Positions 11,446 through 25,278 of a stretch of DNA of 64,000 nucleotides are shown piece by piece. A model generated the notes under the pieces. It was not told the origin of the DNA. It saw only the letters and a program-made list of their open reading frames with translations, and did no database searches. How positions within the stretch are numbered: the first letter of the stretch is position 1; every line of letters starts with the position of its first letter. The position numbers were made by a program, and so were the translations under genes. Source of the DNA: Octopus sinensis (taxonomy: Eukaryota); NCBI RefSeq assembly GCF_006345805.1, contig NC_042998.1:118916001-118980000 (forward strand). The letters are read 5' to 3'.

Positions 11446-13965
11446 GTGACTAATAGTGGTAATGAAATTGAAGCCCTTGATAGTGTCAGTGTTTCACCAG
11501 GCAGGCTCAGAGGAACTGGTCCGATTTCAGCCTGCTGTTATCCAGCAAGTGACCAGCACACACGGCTTAGATGGTGCAAACAAGTCAATACTGTGGTCAT
11601 GGAGTGTTACTACCTGAGCAACCCCGTAGACGAAAATGGTGTACATCTTAAGGGACACTGACAACGTATGTATGATCAATGGATAGAAATTGGATTGTTT
11701 CAACTCACGAAACAGAGATTATCTGATCAAGCTAGAGCAATAAGAAAAAAGTGCTGAATCAGAGAAGTAGAGCCGAAGCTATCAAAAGACCGGTATAGGA
11801 AAACAACATCAGAAGAAACGATGAAAATAGAGTTCCTACTGATAAATCAATCTCATAGCAGAAAACAGAGGTGAAATCTCTAATAAACTACAGGAAAGGA
11901 ACAGTGTTAGCTTGCTCGAGAGACATATAGATGGTTTGGAAGAAAACAATAAAACTAATGGTGATGTGACAGATGGGCAAAGGACAATCTTCGACAGAAT
12001 AAAGGCAAGGCTAAAGGAGAACAAGGGCGACATTATTTGCAACCTTAAAAAGGTGGAAATTGAACCAAAAAACGAAAAAATATGAATGAAATCCTGAAAT
12101 ACATGAGAACAAAAAACATACCACAAACAAACAATTTGATCAAGGCAGCAAGTATTGTTATCGCAGAAAATGTGGGTGTTGATATCAAGAAAGAGAAATA
12201 TAATGGTAGTGACAAAAGAAAGATCCATGAAAGAAAAGAATACATTTCTGTATTAGACCGTAAAGAGAAGTGGAAGCTTAAAAGCGAGCAACAATATAGA
12301 GCATTGAATAGGAAGTATGATATTGAAAGAAAGGTCCTGAAAGTGGTAATGGTGGAACTGAAACAGTGCCTTGTTACAAAGAAAGCAAAAATGGTAAGAT
12401 ACAACCGAAGAATGAAGGGATACCAGCAGAATACCTTATTCAGAGTACATCAGAAAAGATTCTACAAAGAAATAAATGGAGAGTATACAGATGAAAAGTT
12501 GATACCAGATAGCTTTGAAAGTCAAAGATTTTGGAGTGACACCAGGAGCAAAGACAAGGAACGCAAGAAGGATGCTGAATGATTGCAAGAACTGAAACAA
12601 AAAGTAGTCTGTCCAAAATAGCCAGAACTAGTCATTTCAATCAGGGAAGTGAAGGAAATCAGCATACAAATAGGCAACTGGATCAAAAGGTTTGGTGAAT
12701 GTCATGCACGAATAGCTGCACAACTCAACACCTTGTTAAATGCCGTCCAAGTAACACCAGATTGGTTGACAATGGATTGGATAGTGCTGTGCTTGAAAAA
12801 CATCGAAAAAACAGTACGTTAGACAATTACAGGCCGATATCCTGCTTGCCACTTATGTGGAAATTATTGACTGGAATAGTCGCAGAGTCAATGTACTGAC
12901 ATCTGGAAAAAATGGAGCCGTACCACATGAGCAGAAGGGTTGCAAGCAGAGGTACCAAGAATCAATTCCTGGTAGACAAAACTGTATTAGAGAGTGCAAG
13001 AGAAGGAAAACTCTCTTAGCCATGTCATGGATCGACTATCATAAGGTGTACGATATGATCCCACATTCTTGGTTTATGGAATGAATGGACCTATTTGGTT
13101 TTGCATCGAATGTTGAGCGATTGCTTGGAAAAAGTATGACGAAGTGTAGGCGGGAAATAACAACATTTGGAAAAAGTTTAGGGGCAGGAGAAATCCGGAA
13201 AGGCACCTTCCAAAGTGGCTGCTTCTCCCCACTGATCTTTGTACTGTGCTTGATGCCACTAACACTGATTCTGAGGTAAACAAAGACTCGGTATATATTC
13301 AAGAGTCGCCAACAAAAAGTCAGCCGCTTGTTTTTCATGTATGACCTGAAACGTTAGGGTAAAGTTGAACCTCGAGTCAGTTCATTCGTTGATACGGCGT
13401 ATAATTTCAGTGTTGATATCAGAATGGAGTACGGACAGAAAAAGGGTAGTGTGTTAATGTTGAAGAGAGACAAAATCAAATGTATGGACGAGCTAGCGAT
13501 ACCGTCAGGAGAGGTTATGAAACAGATAGAAGAGACGGGCTATAATTACTTAGGGATATTGGAAATGGATAAATTGATGGAGAAAGAAATAACAGAAAAC
13601 TTTAAGGTGGAGTACTTGCGCAAACTGAGACTGATTCTTTAGTCGATATTAAACGGAGGAATAAGATTGAAGCCATCAACACCTGGGCGGTTTCACTTAG
13701 ATATGGAGCAGGAGTAATCGCATGGACTGTAGACTAACTAAACAGCTTAGACAGAAAGATAAGGAAGTTGCCGATAGACATTGCCTACGCAAAAGAAAAC
13801 TTTCAATACAGTGAAAATAAAAGCACTACAGCACATACCCAAGGCACATAAAGCTGCGCTCGTTCCTAAAATAGTTGGTGCATTGGGAACAGTATATAAA
13901 GATATAGACAAATGGCTGAAGAAGATTGGAATAGAATGCTCGGTAGAAATTATGAAAAGAAATAA
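11446..13965 (+). mobile_element. R4/Dong-type RLE retrotransposon, near full-length, heavily degenerate, internally deleted
   Basis: N-terminus ...VMECYYLSNPVDENG...LSDQARAIRKK; RT motifs [49 protein letters not shown] and MYDLK (YMDD relic); endonuclease end IVGALGTV..DKWLKKIGI. Many stops and frameshifts. Confidence 0.9.
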
Positions 13966-15451
13966 GACCTGATCACCAACAATGTCTCACACATTGCATA
14001 CATCTGTCTGTGATCGACATTCTCTATCAAACAAATATTGAAAATATTGCCTCAACCGATGAGACTGATAAAAGAAGTGAAGAGATCGCTATAACAGACG
14101 ATAGTGGTGATGAAGCTGACATAAGCCAAAAAGACATAATTTTTCAAACAGATTTGGCTCACGGAAATGCTTGTTTTCCCCAGCTAAAACCTGAATGTAA
14201 CAAAGTTTTAAATAAGGTAAGAAAAATTTCAAAACTTTTCCGTAAATCTCCTACAAAAAATGAAATTTTGCAAGATTTTGTACGAGCGAACTTTGATAAC
14301 AGAGAATATAAACTTATACTGGATTACAGAACTAGGTGGAATAGCCCATTCCATATGATTGAGAGATTTTTTAAATTGAAAAGCTGCATTTCAAATGCTC
14401 TACGAGCAGTACTTTCCACAGATGCCGTAGCTAACGAAGAATGGAAATCTCTCGATATACTATATGCAATTCTGCACCCAGTAGAAATTATTTTGAAGGC
14501 TATTTGCGCTGATGAAAGGTATTTACGGAAAGCGGAATATTCTGTAGAATTTTTATTGAATAAACTTAATATCGTCGGCAATCCTTTGGCTCTAAATCTT
14601 CGTGAAAGACTTATGCATAGATATAATAAGAGGGGAAATGTCGAAACCTTGACTATCTTGAAGTATTTACATAACCCAAGAAAGTTTAAAGGTGAATCAA
14701 TTTCAGGACCTTTTCTTTTCTTTTAACGAAACAATATTTAAGGAAATATGCTGAACAAACATATAGAAGATTATTTCCTGAACATGATGCTGAGAACACA
14801 ACAGAATTATACAAAGAAAATGAAATAGGAGGGAACCTAAAAACAAGTGTTACTTTTGTCCCATCTATTTACGAAGTTAATGAACTCATACATAAATACA
14901 CAATCGCAATGAAGAAAATGAATGAAGAGCTCAAGATAGTAACAGATGGATTTGAAATATCTTAGTAATTCGAAATGTTTGAAGCAACTTCGAACAGAAG
15001 TGAAACGCTCGAGAAACTTTATAGGGCATTGCTCACAACTACAGCATCTAGTGTCCAGTCGAAAAGAGCTTTTTCAATTACTGGACTTTTCAACACAAAG
15101 ATTAGGACAAGGTTGCCAAGTAAAACACTGAATCCATTGTGTTTTTTAAAAGATTATTTTCGAAGGAAAGTGAATCATCAAGCAAGTCAAGAAACTTGAT
15201 TGATTCTCAGTTACCATTACTTTTTGTTATTGTTTGTACATAGATATAGATACAGGCACCATCAACATATTTGTAGACATCAGTCAACATGTTACTTTCT
15301 CTATTTATCTGTGTATGTATATAAACAAATTAAAATATACAGCAAAGTTCTTCGTTACAGGGACACCGCTCTAAATCCGCGAAAACTGGTTTTGATAATT
15401 ACTTATACTTAAACTCGGTTTTTGGGAATTATCGGCTTTTTGCGAGCCCTA
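13960..15451 (+). mobile_element. hAT-superfamily transposon relic (3' half with right terminus)
   Basis: CLTHCIHLSVIDILY (CxxH), LILDYRTRWNS, and the dimerisation motif ALLTTTASSVQSKRAFSITGLF...RL...LCFLKDYF. The putative right TIR ends ...gcgagcccta at 15451. Confidence 0.88.
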
Positions 15452-15454
15452 GCT

Positions 15455-16560
15455 CAGACGGTAGCTTGGGCTTCTTCTGACCCTAAGGCTGTCCACAATC
15501 TATGTCAATATTGCATTCGAAATTTTCATTGTATGCAAGATTGAGTGAGAGTAGAGTAAAACATCCTACTACATGTGAATGAAGTTTCAGTACTTCCAAA
15601 TGTAGACACAACATCGATATATTTGTATGGCCAATTTTTTTTACCGAAGTTTGGCTCCCATCAAGGAGCACAAATAAAAATATTTCCCTTGAGTCAGATA
15701 TCAACAATTATTTGATTTTTGCAAAATATTCTTTTCTTTTACTATTTAGAACTAAAGGCGGCTCATATTGGCGTGAATACTTTTACAGGTCGTGAATGTC
15801 ATACCTTGTTGCCTGGAGAAAGTCGTACTAGAGTTGGCAGTCCACACTGTTCATAAAACTTGCTATTCTCAGACTATTTTGGAATTTTAATGTTTTAAAA
15901 TTTGGCTCATAATGACAAAAGTAAGCTCCATGTGAATTTTCTTTTTACGCTTATTGTGCTTGATACAGTATGACTTCTATCATTCTGGTCAAGTGATCAT
16001 GACAAAGATGCTGAGAATTAGATACTGAACACACACAGATAATGATAGCGAAGCGACGTTCCATTTTGTTTGAAGAATGCCAGTCTCCAGCCTCTTGAAA
16101 GATACTGTTCAAGTGCATAATTTGCCAAGAGTCATGCATCACAGAATATTTTATGCAGCCACATTCAGCAGGTCTTTTGAGAACGTAGAATGAGGTTGAA
16201 GTATGAACATTGTGCAGGAACAGTCTGAGATAAAAACATTCAGAGATGCAACGATGTGCATTGGAGCCATAACTTGGCACTTTGCTGGATTTGATGCGAG
16301 TGTGATCAGCAATTAATGCAGGCTGATTTCTTCACTGAAATGATTTTCCCTTCCTTGTAAGGTATAATACCGGGCCACTACATAACAAAAAAGATTTCAG
16401 GCAACGGTATTACGGTTGCCCAATTCAAAGAATACATTTCATTCTTTTCAGGTGGATGTTCTTTTCGTTGATTTAGGAAAGCTGCATACAGACCTCATCA
16501 GCTGAAATTAACTTTCCCTTGTAACCGATCATGATAATATTTCAGCGAATCTTGAAGCTT
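15455..16560 (-). mobile_element. Helitron Rep/helicase relic
   Basis: Minus-strand pieces ARYYT, ECFYLRLFLHNV..TSF, FAIIICVCSVSNSQHL...VILYQA, GLPT, a decayed FFLDAPGGTGKT-like motif (KYFYCAP*) and LSLNLAYNENFECNI occur in the order known for the Helitron Rep-Hel linker and PIF1 helicase start. Confidence 0.7.
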
Positions 16561-16584
16561 CGATACCATTAAGTTTTACCATGC

Positions 16585-16800
16585 TTGAAGGTAGTGAGCT
16601 GGCAGAATCGTCAGTACGCTGGGCAAAATGGTTAGCGATATTTTATGTCTTTACGTTTTGAGTTCAAACTCCGTTGCGGTCGACTTTGCCTTTCATCATT
16701 TTGGTCTCGATAAATTAAGTACCAGTTGAGTACTGGGGTCGATGTAATCAACTTGTCTCTTCCTCCAAAATTTCTAACATTATACCATAAAATTTGAAAC
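16585..16800 (+). mobile_element. tRNA-derived SINE (family 1)
   Basis: gagctggcagaatcgtcagtacgctgggcaaaatg...gagttcaaac...gactttgcctttcatc...gtactggggtcgat. Confidence 0.85.
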
Positions 16801-17071
16801 CAATATTATTTCTGTTTCTTCTCTATATTCTTCTGTAATTATAGGACTCCTGATTAATCTTCAATACCATATGTTGTTGTTCAATCCAGCGTAAGTTTGT
16901 ATTATTTTAATTCTTGGTCTGAGGAATTACTAATAGGAACAGATAGAAACCGATAGAATAAGTACTGGGCTTACAAAGAATAAGCTCTGGGGTCGATTTA
17001 CTCGACTAAAGGCGGTGCTACTGCATGGCTGCAGTCAAATGACTGAAAAAATAAAAGAAAGAAAGAATAAA

Positions 17072-17117
<46 letters not shown>

Positions 17118-17118
<1 letters not shown>

Positions 17119-17712
17119 CCGTTACTCCAAATAATAACAGGTATGAACCTGGAAATGTATCTTGGGTACTGGATTTACAAAATCCTTATCATTGGTTGAT
17201 AGATGTTCTCTTTCTCTTTTATTTTTCTAACCACATTCGTGTCCAGAGGGCTGCTGGTTTCCACAACAGAACATATCTTTCATTTGTAGTTTCACACAAA
17301 GATATATGGTCAGTTGTGTTTTAACATGGTGGCTGTTTTAATTTGTATGTTCCACCAATATTCATTTGCTCAATCAATCAACTTCGTTTGTAGGTATTTT
17401 CTTTTTTGTTATCCTGTTCCAGACTGTTCTTGCCATCGTATCATGCCTCACGGGAAAATAATATCTAGAAGACATTCTCTCAAAGTTGGCAATAATGAGG
17501 TTGATGTCTTCAGTCTTGATCTTGCACAGCCTATATTTGTTTTCTGTCAAAGTTTTCTGCTTCTTATTCTGTGGGAACTTAGTGATTATCTCTTGTTCTT
17601 GGATTATATAGATGAAACCTTCAAAGTAGGATGCCATTAATTTGCCAGTACTCCATACCAAACTTTTGACATGATCAGTTGCTTCTCTGGTTTCTGTTTT
17701 ACGTGCCAAGTA
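17118..17712 (-). mobile_element. R4-clade RLE retrotransposon fragment, second family (CCHC to endonuclease)
   Basis: EGFIYIIQEQEIITK...YRLCKIKTEDINLII...RHDTMARTVW...EYWWNIQIKTAT..KHN*P...ETSSPLDTNV...KIKEKENIY...FIPVII. Bracketed by (TA)n and (TATG)n arrays. Confidence 0.8.
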
Positions 17713-17719
17713 CCCATAA

Positions 17720-17752
<33 letters not shown>

Positions 17753-17784
17753 TGTATGTATGTATGTATGCATGAAATTATGTA

Positions 17785-18525
17785 TAAGGATATTTTTACT
17801 TTCCTCGTTATTACAGTTATACTGTATGTAATGTATTCCTTCTTTGAAGCTACCGCACCTTCGTGTGTCATTGTAATATTCGGAAGAACATATGAAGGAT
17901 TCTTCGTCAGAAGATAAGCCAGATATGCATTTACTTCCCACTATTACTATTTTTATCTAGGCCTTTATGTAGTATTAACGCATGACTGGAATTTATATTA
18001 ATATACTTCAATTTCTCGTTAGATTTACTATAAGGACAGAGTACACCAGGACGTAAATCTAAGATTATATCTAAGAAATTAACTATAGTAAGATTTGTAT
18101 CTACTTCGATCTAAAATCTTTTAATATGTTGATGAATTTTTCCCAAACCGCATCCATTGTGCGTTCATTCATCCTTCGTTAAATGATTAGACCGTTGTTT
18201 CGGTTTAGAGGTAACTCTGCAGAGCGGAATCTCTCGTCCTGTGTAAATCTAATATGTATAATCCTATCAATTTAGAAATCTCAGCCCATTACGCGATCCC
18301 ATGTGGCTACATCAAACGATTCTTGACCATTACGTTTAACCCAAATAGAATTATCCGAAATAGCAAAGAATTCCTTGGATGCGTAATAATATTAATATTC
18401 GAATTACCATTTGGAATAAAACCTCTAGAGAATTCTAAAGATATACAAGAATTTAATTATAGATGGATAGAACTCTATTATATCAACTGCATAAATTTAT
18501 AAAATATTATCTTTGACAAACTATT
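17785..18525 (-). mobile_element. Penelope-like element RT fragment
   Basis: DIIEFYPSI...WVKRNGQESFDV...RNNGL (decayed YRDDG)...DTNLTIVNFLDIILDL...PYSKSNEKLKYIN...ISGLSSDEESF, which is typical Penelope-like RT and thumb. Confidence 0.8.
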
Positions 18526-18739
18526 AATCTGCAACGAAAAAATTGTCTTTCTTCATTTTAAATATGTATTTATTACACTTGGTTATATTACTTTGGGATG
18601 GGTATGTTAATTAGTCATGATTTGTGGTTGACAAAACATTATATAAGCGATCTTCAAAACTAATATATTATTTACATAATACTAAATCTTCATCTCCGCT
18701 TGCTGTGAGCTATTTCTTCGCTACTAAATGAAGTGTTAG

Positions 18740-18935
18740 GTATAGGTGATATTGGCTTCAAATTTCGAAGCCAATATCGATCTCAGTACTCGACCAGTTT
18801 TTATTATATAGACCCCGAAAAAGTGCGAAAGGTGAAGTCAGTCTGGGTGGAATTTGAACTCAGAAAGTTAAGATGGATGAAATAACCCTCAGCATTTTAC
18901 CTGGTGTGCTAACGATTCAGCCAGCACACTACCTT
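18740..18935 (-). mobile_element. tRNA-derived SINE (family 1)
   Basis: Reverse complement of the family core (ggaatttgaactcag...gctaacgattc.gccagc). Confidence 0.8.
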
Positions 18936-21253
18936 AGGTGTAGGGGATATTGTTAGGAAGATATCTACGATATATGCAGATATCAGTTTCGTACATACAT
19001 TTTTCAATAATCATAGACGTGCATGTTAAATATTTGTGTAATATGCTGGTAATTTCTTTTTGAATTTTAATCTTCATCATATTCAAGACGTCGGATACAA
19101 CTGCAATGTGTTCCAAGTCCTATCTTCTGTGGATTTCATTTATTCTGAAATCAAACTTATTTTCCCTTAGTCCCGTTATAGAAGTTATAAATTCTATCTC
19201 ATCCTCCTATTTAGATCATCAGTATCTTTAGTTAGACACTTAATATACCTTTTTAAGATAGTGTACACATTCATTGTGGAAAACCTCTTTCTGTTTTCAT
19301 GACTGGGCCTCTGTATTTACAACGAAAATTACTCAGTCCAACAAGTAGAGTTGTATGGTCATTAAAAGCTGTCGTTATATAGGAAAGGATCACATAAAAT
19401 AGATGACTACATTACGTCTTCTGTATTAGACATATGTTTGATGCGTTTTCCAATAGTGTTTTTCACGTCTCCTGATTAATCATATCGCAATGTGTTTAGT
19501 TACATTGTACTGCATGGATTAGCACGCTGGTTTCCCAATTCGATCGTTTCAATAACCGGCAACGACATTCAGTTACAATTCAAGAAGATTCAGCTTTTAA
19601 TAAGATATACATACTCTGTTTTATTATTGAGTACTTTAAAGAAAAGTAGACCGATCTGCATCTATGTGTGCTTGCGTGTATATTCGTGTATGAGTGTTTG
19701 TTTGTATTTGCACGTATCCGTGCATGTGGACGCATGCATATGTATGAGTTTGTATGTATGCGTGTGTGTGTGTGTGTGCTTACTTCAAAAGATGAACACA
19801 GCTGAATAGAGAGCAATCACCCGATGCATTAAATTAAATTCTTTGTTTAGATTTTCGCTCAAAACGCATTTCACATGTTTATATTGGTGTTACTTAAGGC
19901 AAAGACGCCACGGGCTCTCATTCCTTTTCTACATATAAAACTGCTATGCGCCAATGCTTTTCTATAAATGTTTAAACTGAACATCAATCACATCGATCAG
20001 ACCAATGAGACCGGACATGCAATGATATGGGTACTAGCCTCTTCCTAAGACATTTTTAATAAATAGTTATTCATTCAAACAGTTTCTATTTTGACGTTCG
20101 AAATAAGGATATTGATTTCCAACTTAAGCACAGAACTTCAATATTTGAACAGTAGATCATTTCGAAACGATTGTACTTGTAATTACTTCATCGATGAACG
20201 AAATGAACATCAGTGTGATTGAATTCAGGTGAAACCAAATACCCCAAGGTTATGTGTAGGACATGGTTCTTTTAAATGCACCAGCTTTCAGATCTGCACA
20301 CCCATGTGGAAACTTCAAACATTAATTTTAAAATGCAAATGTGACATGCATTTCAAATTTATTTCTTCTTCAAAATGTTACAGAGTTTCAAACACACGTG
20401 ATAACTTTAGAATGATAACTTCCTAAAAAGTGTTTCCAGGCATTTTCTGTAACTTCATGAACACTTGTAGAGGAAATAAATATGGTCTAAAAAATTGAAA
20501 TATCTTTTCATAGTCACGTACGTGCAATTTTGTGTGGAATATGTGAGGATTTTAATTTTCTTGCAGCAGATAAATTTACAAAATTTATATTTATATATTC
20601 GTATGCTTATTGACATGCGCTGCTATAACTCGCGGTAATTTTGTGTATAAATGTAGTTATGTATATATATATATGTATTTTGGAAGGCAAGTGTTATATA
20701 TGCTGAAGATTTGAAATCGCATAAATATTTGAAGGAAGCACAGTAGAATACTTTACAATTGAATAATTAACATCTAATATCAGAAAATAAAGATCTGTTT
20801 TTGATACTGGTTGTAAGTGTTCGTTCATTTGTATAGGATTTAATCAGAAGGCGTTTAACTTTTTAAAAAAATCAATAGGTTTGCGTCTTTCATACCACAT
20901 CTAAACTTCACATTGACTGTAATCGTTTATACTTCAGGATTCAATCAACCAAATAAAATTCCGTTTATTATTATTATTATTATCAATATTATTATTATAA
21001 CTACTACTACTACTACTACTCCTACTACTACTACGTTTTTTTTGTCAGAATTCGCTGCACGATCTTGGCATAACGAACTCCATTGATGTAGATCAAAATA
21101 GCGATTGGTAAATGTTTGTTTAGGTAAAAATGTCTCCTTAGCGAAGTGAGTTTAATACTATTCTATTGTAATTGCAAGAATATAATGATGTTGCAACTTA
21201 ACGTTGTTGGATTTGCTTTTTTTCATTCCCTTTTATATCGATATGGAGCGGTT

Positions 21254-21254
<1 letters not shown>

Positions 21255-21323
<69 letters not shown>

Positions 21324-21325
21324 TG

Positions 21326-21418
<93 letters not shown>
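21255..21418. repeat. (GATA)n microsatellite
   Basis: Direct inspection. Confidence 0.98.
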
Positions 21419-21654
21419 AAATTATATGCATGTCTGTATGACTGCTCAGTAAATAAACTTGCAAACAAGGTATCTAGAATTCACTGAAACGGTACTGTGC
21501 AGAGTTAAATATCGGTATTACAACCTCATGTTTTCCAGGTCGAATCCATTGCGCAGCAGCTTAGGTAGCTATATCCCATCATTGTGTCTGCTTAACCACT
21601 TCTTTATTAGTGGAGTTTAATGCGCGATAATTGCGCTAGATCCCTATCCCGCCA

Positions 21655-21868
21655 TATACATACATGCGTACATACATACATACATACATACATACATACA
21701 TACATACATACATACATACATACATACATACGTACGTACATACATGCATACATACATACGTACGTAGTACGTACGTACATACATACATACATACATACAT
21801 ACATACATACATACATACATACATACATACATACATACATACATACATACATACATACATACATACAT
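21655..21868. repeat. (CATA)n microsatellite with (CGTA) variants
   Basis: Direct inspection. Confidence 0.98.
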
Positions 21869-23354
21869 AGACGTGGGTGAGTTTCTGTGTCGTGTTGTTC
21901 GGTGTTGGATATCAGCGACAGAAACAAACGGCGGTGAGAAAGCTCATACATTGCTGCTTTCCAACGAAGTCGTATTCAATATTTGTTGCACAGATAATCC
22001 TTTGTAACTTTGGTCAACGTAAATCCAGAGAATCAGTGTGCGGCATGTTGGAAACCTACAATCAATGACGCCATTAATAAAAAAAAATCAGTACGATACA
22101 AAATAAATGAATTAAAAATACCATTTCATTGTTTCTTTGTATGATAACGGGATATTTTACTATATAATAACGTATTATTTGATGGAAGTAACTTATGATA
22201 AAGGTTTGCAATTTCTAGGTTATCAAAACTGAAGAGCTATATCTGAAAAATTAACAGCAACAAAGAAAAAGCGATTCAATTTATATAAAAGTTGTTGGCT
22301 ATTATTAAAAAAAAAGTGGAGAAGAAACGAGATATAAAAATCGTTACCTTCAATTTTCTGATAAACAAACAAAAATAGTAAGTTTTATTGCTCCTAACCG
22401 TTTTTTTTTTTAATGGAATTGAGTTAGGATCGCTAAAGGAATTATTTGATTTGCTCATATATGTTTTCTTTTTGTAAGTTGTTATTGCTGCAGGGATTTT
22501 TTTTTTTCATTTTTGTTGGGAAGGGTGGGATGAAGTACTTCTGCGATAGGATATTTGCATATCTTATCTAAAAGTCGGAAATATGTTTGGCACGGATCCA
22601 AGATCATCAATAAAAACACCACAGATAAGATAGTCATTTGTGTGTATGTATGTGAGTATTACATCCATCCATCCATCCATCCATCCATACATACATACAT
22701 ACATACATACATACACATCTACATACATTATGCTACATGGGTATATGCATGCAGACGTAGACAGATTTACAGATAGAAATATATTAGAATTTTAGCTTGA
22801 TTATCAGTAATTCCCGGAGGAAAGAATGATTATAGAAACGAAAATTCACTTGATTGTGTGTAATTACCATAGATTGATATCTATAAACAAAAGTAAGTTG
22901 AACTTGCTGAAAGAAATTTTTCATTTGTTGTCGTTATTGTTGTTATTTGAAGAGCGGATTAGCCAATTAAGATATATAAGGTGTCGAATAGTAAAACAAC
23001 ATTCAGATATGACAAAGAAAATTCAATCCTACCGTCTTTTTCTTGATATGTTTTATTTCCATTATAAAACATCAAATTGGCAAAATAATTTACTAAAGAA
23101 ATTAATTGTAAACATACGTGGTGTGAGTGTATTCGCACGTAAACTGGACTTAATTGATGGGATAAGTTAATACAAAGTAAGTAAGAAAATAAGAGAAAAA
23201 TAAATTGTTCAAAACATCAAATCTAAATACAATTAGTAGCCTGCTCAATAATTATCTTAGTAAAATAGTCTCTCTGCGTAGTCTTTGGAGCTAATTTGAA
23301 GCAGGATGCCAGAATGATGCAGTACTAAACATACAGTGGCCTCAACATATTCTT

Positions 23355-23700
23355 TTATTCCTTTACATGTTTCAGGCATATGACTGCGGCCATGCTGCAG
23401 CACTTCCTTGAAATGTAGTCGCTAAGTTGCGGGTAGGCAAAAACACCAACACCGGTTGTCAAGCGGTGGTGCGGAAACAAACACAGGCACAAAGCGACTC
23501 ATATATATACATACATATACATACATGTGTGTGTGTGCGTGTGCATGTGTGTGTATGTGTGTGTGTATACGACGGGTTTCTTTCGGTTTTCTTCGACCAA
23601 GATTTTGGTTAGCCCGAGGCACTTGCTCAAGGTACCACGCAGTGGATTGAACCGGTAACCATGTGGCTGAGAAGCAAGCTTCTTACACACAGCCACAGCT
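23355..23700 (-). mobile_element. tRNA-derived SINE (family 2) with internal (TG/CA) tract
   Basis: Minus strand gtgtgtaagaagcttgcttctcagccacatggttaccggttcaatccactgcgtggtaccttgagcaagtg (tRNA-like head with B-box). Related pieces at about 3612-3680, 5150-5280, 16915-17050 and 49770-50130. Confidence 0.8.
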
Positions 23701-23728
23701 GGCGTGTATATGTATGTATGTATGTATG

Positions 23729-23767
<39 letters not shown>

Positions 23768-23912
23768 TATAATGCAGTTATAAATATATATACTAAAATG
23801 CGGAATGTTCAATGCTCGATGCTATCAACATGTCTGCTCTATGAAGGCTGATTTAGAGCTAAACAACTGCAAAGTGTTTTCTGTACCAACCATAATGCAT
23901 TCTTGGTATTAA

Positions 23913-24265
23913 GGCGGCGGGCTGGCAGAAACGTTAGCACGCCGGGCGAAATGCTTAGCTGTGTTTCGTCTGTCTTTACGTTCTGAGTTCAAATTCCGCC
24001 GAGATCGTCTTTGCCTTTCATCCTTTCGGGGTCGATAAATCAAGTACCAGTTGCGTACTGGGTCGATCTAATCGATTAGGCCCCCTCCTCCCAAATTTTC
24101 GGGCCTTGTGACTGGAAAAGAAAAGAATACTTTGCCTTTCATACTTTCGGGGTCGATTAAATAAGTACCAGTTTCGCACTGGTGTCGATGTAATCGACTT
24201 AATCCCTTTGTCTTTCCTTGTTTGTCCCCTCTATGTTTAGCCCTCTGTGGGCAATAAGGAAAAGA
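23913..24265 (+). mobile_element. tRNA-derived SINE (family 1) with duplicated 3' module
   Basis: ggcggcgggctggcagaaacgttagcacgccgggcgaaatgcttagc...gagttcaaattcc (A/B-box-like); the body module repeats from about 24130. Confidence 0.9.
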
Positions 24266-24654
24266 ATATATTCTTGGTATTGCTAAAGCGTTAATGCTAC
24301 TCGATATTACGAGGAGAAAGAGCAATTTGTTGAATAAAATTATGTTTAAATTATTTACCCTCTGAAGTTTGGATTCTCTGCTAGATTATTTACTATAGGT
24401 TTCTATTGTGATCTACAAAATTCCTTTCAATCCATCTATGGGGAAAGGTAGAAACAGGTTTATATGATGTTCTACAAAACAACGTCATTAAAGTGGACTA
24501 TCTGCCAGTGAAATACTTTATAGTGAAAACTGTTCCTTCTGCGATACCTGCCGGCAGATCATTGAGATATTTGTTATTGTTCTTGTTCTTCTTGTCCCCT
24601 TGGAGCCCTGATCAAGCTTTCCATATGAGCAGATTCATTCCAGCTTTAAGCAAT

Positions 24655-24815
24655 CTTCCTGGTGGTATTAGTGATGGTGGTGGCGATGATGCTGACGATG
24701 ATGGTAGTGATGTTGGTAGTGGTAGTATTGGTGGTAGTGCTGCTAGTGGTGGTGCTGGTGGTAATGGTGATGATGATGGTTGTTGTATGGGGGTGATAGT
24801 GGGGAGGCATTAGTG
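24655..24815. repeat. Degenerate (GGT/GAT)n low-complexity tract
   Basis: Direct inspection. Confidence 0.9.
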
Positions 24816-25278
24816 ACAACAACATTAGCGCTATTGATGTCTGTACCGTCATTGTTGCTATTTGTCTTCTTTAATGACCTAGAATGTCTGACCTTGTTGC
24901 AAAACAGCTGAAAATATTTATTTCTCTAATAATGGTAATATAATTAGGAAATGGAAGCGTCTCACAAAATTTTGTATTAATTCACCTGAGTATCATTATT
25001 TTTCTTCAATTTTCACTAGACAGTGTTCTCAAAATACACAGAATTCTAATTATTTAAGAACACAATACAATTTTATATTCGGTGTCTAATAGATCTGCCG
25101 ATCATTTTTCAGGTAATTATTTGTTGGAAAAGTGATGTTTTGATGCCAGTCTCAGTGTCTGGTTATATGTAGTTTATTTACCGATGTTCTTAGTTCAAAT
25201 TCTGCCGCAGACCATTCTTTTAAAATAACCAGAATTGATATTTTTGTAAAAAAAATATGTATAAATCGTTATGTATTA

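Noticed and set aside
16452-16505. VDVLFVDLG (Tudor-like word) after a plus-strand acceptor
   Set aside because: Stops after 17 codons and lies on the opposite strand of the Helitron relic.
19030-19570. Possible piggyBac-like transposase relic
   Set aside because: Only a vague KTERGF resemblance; no catalytic motifs, TIRs or TTAA.
21950-22055. 106-nt minus-strand segment with acceptor and GTATGA donor, one open frame
   Set aside because: Phase 2 entry does not fit after the 29217 exon, and an open frame of 35 codons is common by chance.
24493-24852. Gly/Asp-rich (plus) and Thr- or Pro-rich (minus) ORFs
   Set aside because: Degenerate GGT/GAT repeat with no convincing splice sites framing an open frame.
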